A DNA stretch of 64,000 bases from Squalus acanthias (lineage: Eukaryota): positions 117,120,001 to 117,184,000 of the forward strand of contig CM059432.1 in the NCBI GenBank assembly GCA_030390025.1. The letters run 5' to 3'. This document shows, in pieces, positions 61,182 through 64,000 of this stretch. Positions within the stretch are counted from its first letter, which is position 1; every line of letters begins with the position of its first letter. The notes below the pieces were generated by a model. The model was not told the DNA's origin, did not search any database, and saw only the letters and a program-made list of their open reading frames with translations. Both the position numbers and the translations under genes were made by a program.

Positions 61182-61626
61182 AAGAAAGGAAGAAAGAAAG
61201 AAAGACTTGCATTTAAAAAGTGCCGTTCACAACATCTGGACTCCCCAAAGCCCTTTACAGCCTTCAAAGTACTTTTGAAGTGTAGTCACTGTTGTAATGT
61301 AGGAAATGCGGCAGCCAATTTGTGCAGAGCAAGCTCCCACAAACAGCAATGTGATAATGAGCAGATAATCTGTTTTAGTGATGTTGATTGAGGGATAAAT
61401 ATTGACCTGCTCTTCTTTGAAATAATGCCTTGGGATCTCTTACGCCCAGACGGGGCCTCGGTTTAACATCTCATCCGAAAGACGGCACCTCTGACAGTGC
61501 AGCGCTCCCTCAGTACTGCACTGGAGTGTCAGCCGAGTTAATGTGTTCAAGTCTCCGGCGTGTGACTTGAAACCACAACCTTCTGACTCTGAGACAAGAG
61601 TGCTACCCACTAAGCCACGGCTGACA
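61182..61626 (-). mobile_element. tRNA-headed Deu-domain-type SINE
   Basis: Minus strand TGTCAGCCGTGGCTTAGTGGGTAGCAC...GGTTTCAAGTC head, GAGGTGCCGTCTTTCGGATGAGATGTTAAACCGAGGCCCC core, (TTTC)n tail. Confidence 0.8.
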
Positions 61627-63609
61627 ACTATCTATCAATAATCTATGCACAGTGGGTATGAATGGGAATAGCGCTATGGAATTCTGAACTTGGGATCAGA
61701 TATTCCTTTATCCATGGCTATAGTTCAAAAATCAGAAGCTCATAAGTGAAGAATATCAATTAGCTTCAGTGAGACAGCAAAATATAAAAGTAGTGCTTTG
61801 ATGTTAAATCTTTCATATGCTGGATAGTTTCCTTTCATGTTAAAATTTTGAAATGCTGTCCTTTTATTCTTACCTTCCCGGGAGGACTTATTATACAAAT
61901 CCAACATTACTTTGCTCCAGGCAGTTTACAAAACATTGATGTTCCCAGCTACTAATTAATTTCTCCCTCTTAAATCGGAGTACAATTGGGGGAAGATTTC
62001 ATCTGTGTTTTATGCGTAACAAAATTGCAAGCCGCTTCTTTACAGACAGATTTAGAATTAATTTATACATAGTGCACAGAGGAGATCTTGGCCCAGTGTT
62101 ACTGTAGCACTCACTCGCTCGGATGCAAAAATACAGAATATATAATTTGATGTTGTATTCATTTATTTTTAAAAACGGCCACTAGCAATCAGTGCCACGG
62201 AGCTGGGATGAATCCAGATTCAAGCCCTGCTTCATTCAGCTCCCAATCGCATAGCGGAGGGGACTGAGTGGAAGCTGTGGCATCTCCAGCATGGGCTAGG
62301 GAAAACTGGGAAGGGTAAGAGCAATTTCTGTTGCCTCCTCGACAACTATATGGGGCATTGACAGTAGCCTGTACCAGCCCTCTCGGCTGAGCCAGACAAA
62401 GACTAGATTTTATCTCGGTGGGAAACCGTTCTGGCGAGTTAATTTCCCAGAGGAAGGAGGAGGCCAATGATGATTGTAGCCACCAAGCCTGCAACAGGCA
62501 GGAAGAGGGCACAGAGCACTCCTGCTCCTCCGTATCCCCCAAAGCAAATCCTCAACTCGCCTGGAGAGCCTCTTCCTCCTTCCCACGAGTTCCCAACCTG
62601 CTTCAGCCTAGTGGGAAAGCTGCTGTGTGATCCCTGCTCAACCCCCGGTTAAGATCCCATTGGGATCCTATTGAAGTAATAAGACCCTGATTTGCATTAA
62701 TTAAACAGGCTCCTGCCACGTTTCGCGGGCACCTCATCCATCAGCAGGTTTATATTGGAGACGGCGGGAGACAGTCGAGTTCTGAGCAGGTAAGTAACCT
62801 GCTTGTTTTTAATTGTGCACCTACCTCTTTTCCTTTAGGTGAGTAGGGTTAAAATCGACCCCAAAGAAAGGGAGATGAAAATATGAAAAAATAATGAAAA
62901 CTAATGAAATTAAAATTACTTTTTTTTTTTACATACAGGCACAAAGATAATTAACTTACTTGTATTATCATGTGATGAACTGCAATAAGAATGTCCAAAA
63001 GTGACTTTCCCTGTTTGAAATGCTAGTGGTAAGCTTGTCCCATCAGTACAGTACAGGTTGCTATGTTACATCTCTCATTGATTTTAAGGGGAAATATAAT
63101 GATTATATTGTAGTGGAAGTTGCCAATGACCGTTAGATAAACATTGTTACATCTAACAGTTTTCCCTGCCCCACAGCTTCCACAGAGTCCCCTCCACTTC
63201 AAGATTGGGAACTAGATGAAGCAGGGTCTGAACTTGCATTCATCCCAACTTTGTGGCATTGATTGCTAGTGGCAGCTTTTTAAACCATTGCATTCATACC
63301 CACTGTGTAGTGGTGCTGGTCTAACTCTGCAACTGACTGCTTAATCAATTCCAGAATCAGTTTGCTGTATCTGCTCTCCAGGGCCAACATGAGAAAAATT
63401 CAGTCAGACAAAATGAAAGCATACATCTATAAGATGTTAGTTTCCCAAAAGCAAAAGCAATAAATAAAATCCTATTAACTGCAGCATTCTGACAAGACAG
63501 CGCCAGCACTGACACACTGCTGCTCTGTTTTCAGATGTTAAAATCATCTCTGGAATTACGAAGACTGTTTCTGTAATTTTCACTGGGGCTTTCATTATTT
63601 TACAATAAT

Positions 63610-63805
63610 GCCAACACTGACAACTTGCACTTCTATGACACTGTTACTGTAGAAAAATATCCAAGGTGCTTCACCGAGAAATAAGGAAAAATGGACGCTG
63701 AGGCAAATAAGGAGAGATTAGGAGGGGTGACCCAAAGCTTGATCAAAGAGATGGCTTTCAAGGAGGGTCTTAAAGGTGGACAGGGAAGTGGAGAGGAGAT
63801 AGTGG
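63610..63805 (-). mobile_element. L2 3' fragment
   Basis: FKTLLESHLFDQALGH, similar to 11150-11200. Confidence 0.7.
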
Positions 63806-64000
63806 AGAGTCCCCGGACTCCCCAGATGTACCGCCCACTTCGGGGCTTGCACGTACCATACCCGCACTCCCTTTAAAATCAGGTTCTTAGTATCTAATCC
63901 AACTGCAATCACAGTGCAGAAGCTAACTTGACATTGTGACATTTCATACATTTTGCTGATGAAAAAAAAATGGATCAAAGTCAGAGTCAGAATATTCAAG

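Noticed and set aside
61560..61626. tRNA gene
   Set aside because: tRNA-like SINE head with no complete cloverleaf

Overview
Repeat-dense vertebrate genomic DNA with no recognisable host protein-coding gene. The repeat repertoire (esterase-ORF1 CR1 LINEs, L2, RTE, Neptune-like Penelope elements, Deu-type SINEs, GC-rich Harbinger elements) suggests a cartilaginous fish; this is an inference. Main contents: (i) a near-complete autonomous PIF/Harbinger transposon (6363-10508) with an open DDE transposase ORF and a convergent three-exon Myb/SANT gene, plus five non-autonomous Myb-bearing relatives; (ii) a full-length, lightly disabled CR1 (15027-19521); (iii) a decayed gag-pol-env endogenous retrovirus (26878-36043) with a coiled-coil Gag, two RNase H domains and an atypical Env, best matching lokiretroviruses, that has lost its 5' LTR; (iv) three solo LTRs of 1.2-1.6 kb; (v) an intact Penelope-like element (36223-39571) with hammerhead ribozymes in both terminal repeats, and a 234-bp palindromic double-hammerhead insertion; (vi) a hairpin-rich MITE family whose hairpins covary between copies. 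Many elements are nested, which gives a readable insertion chronology. All assignments come from manual motif reading; no database searches were run.
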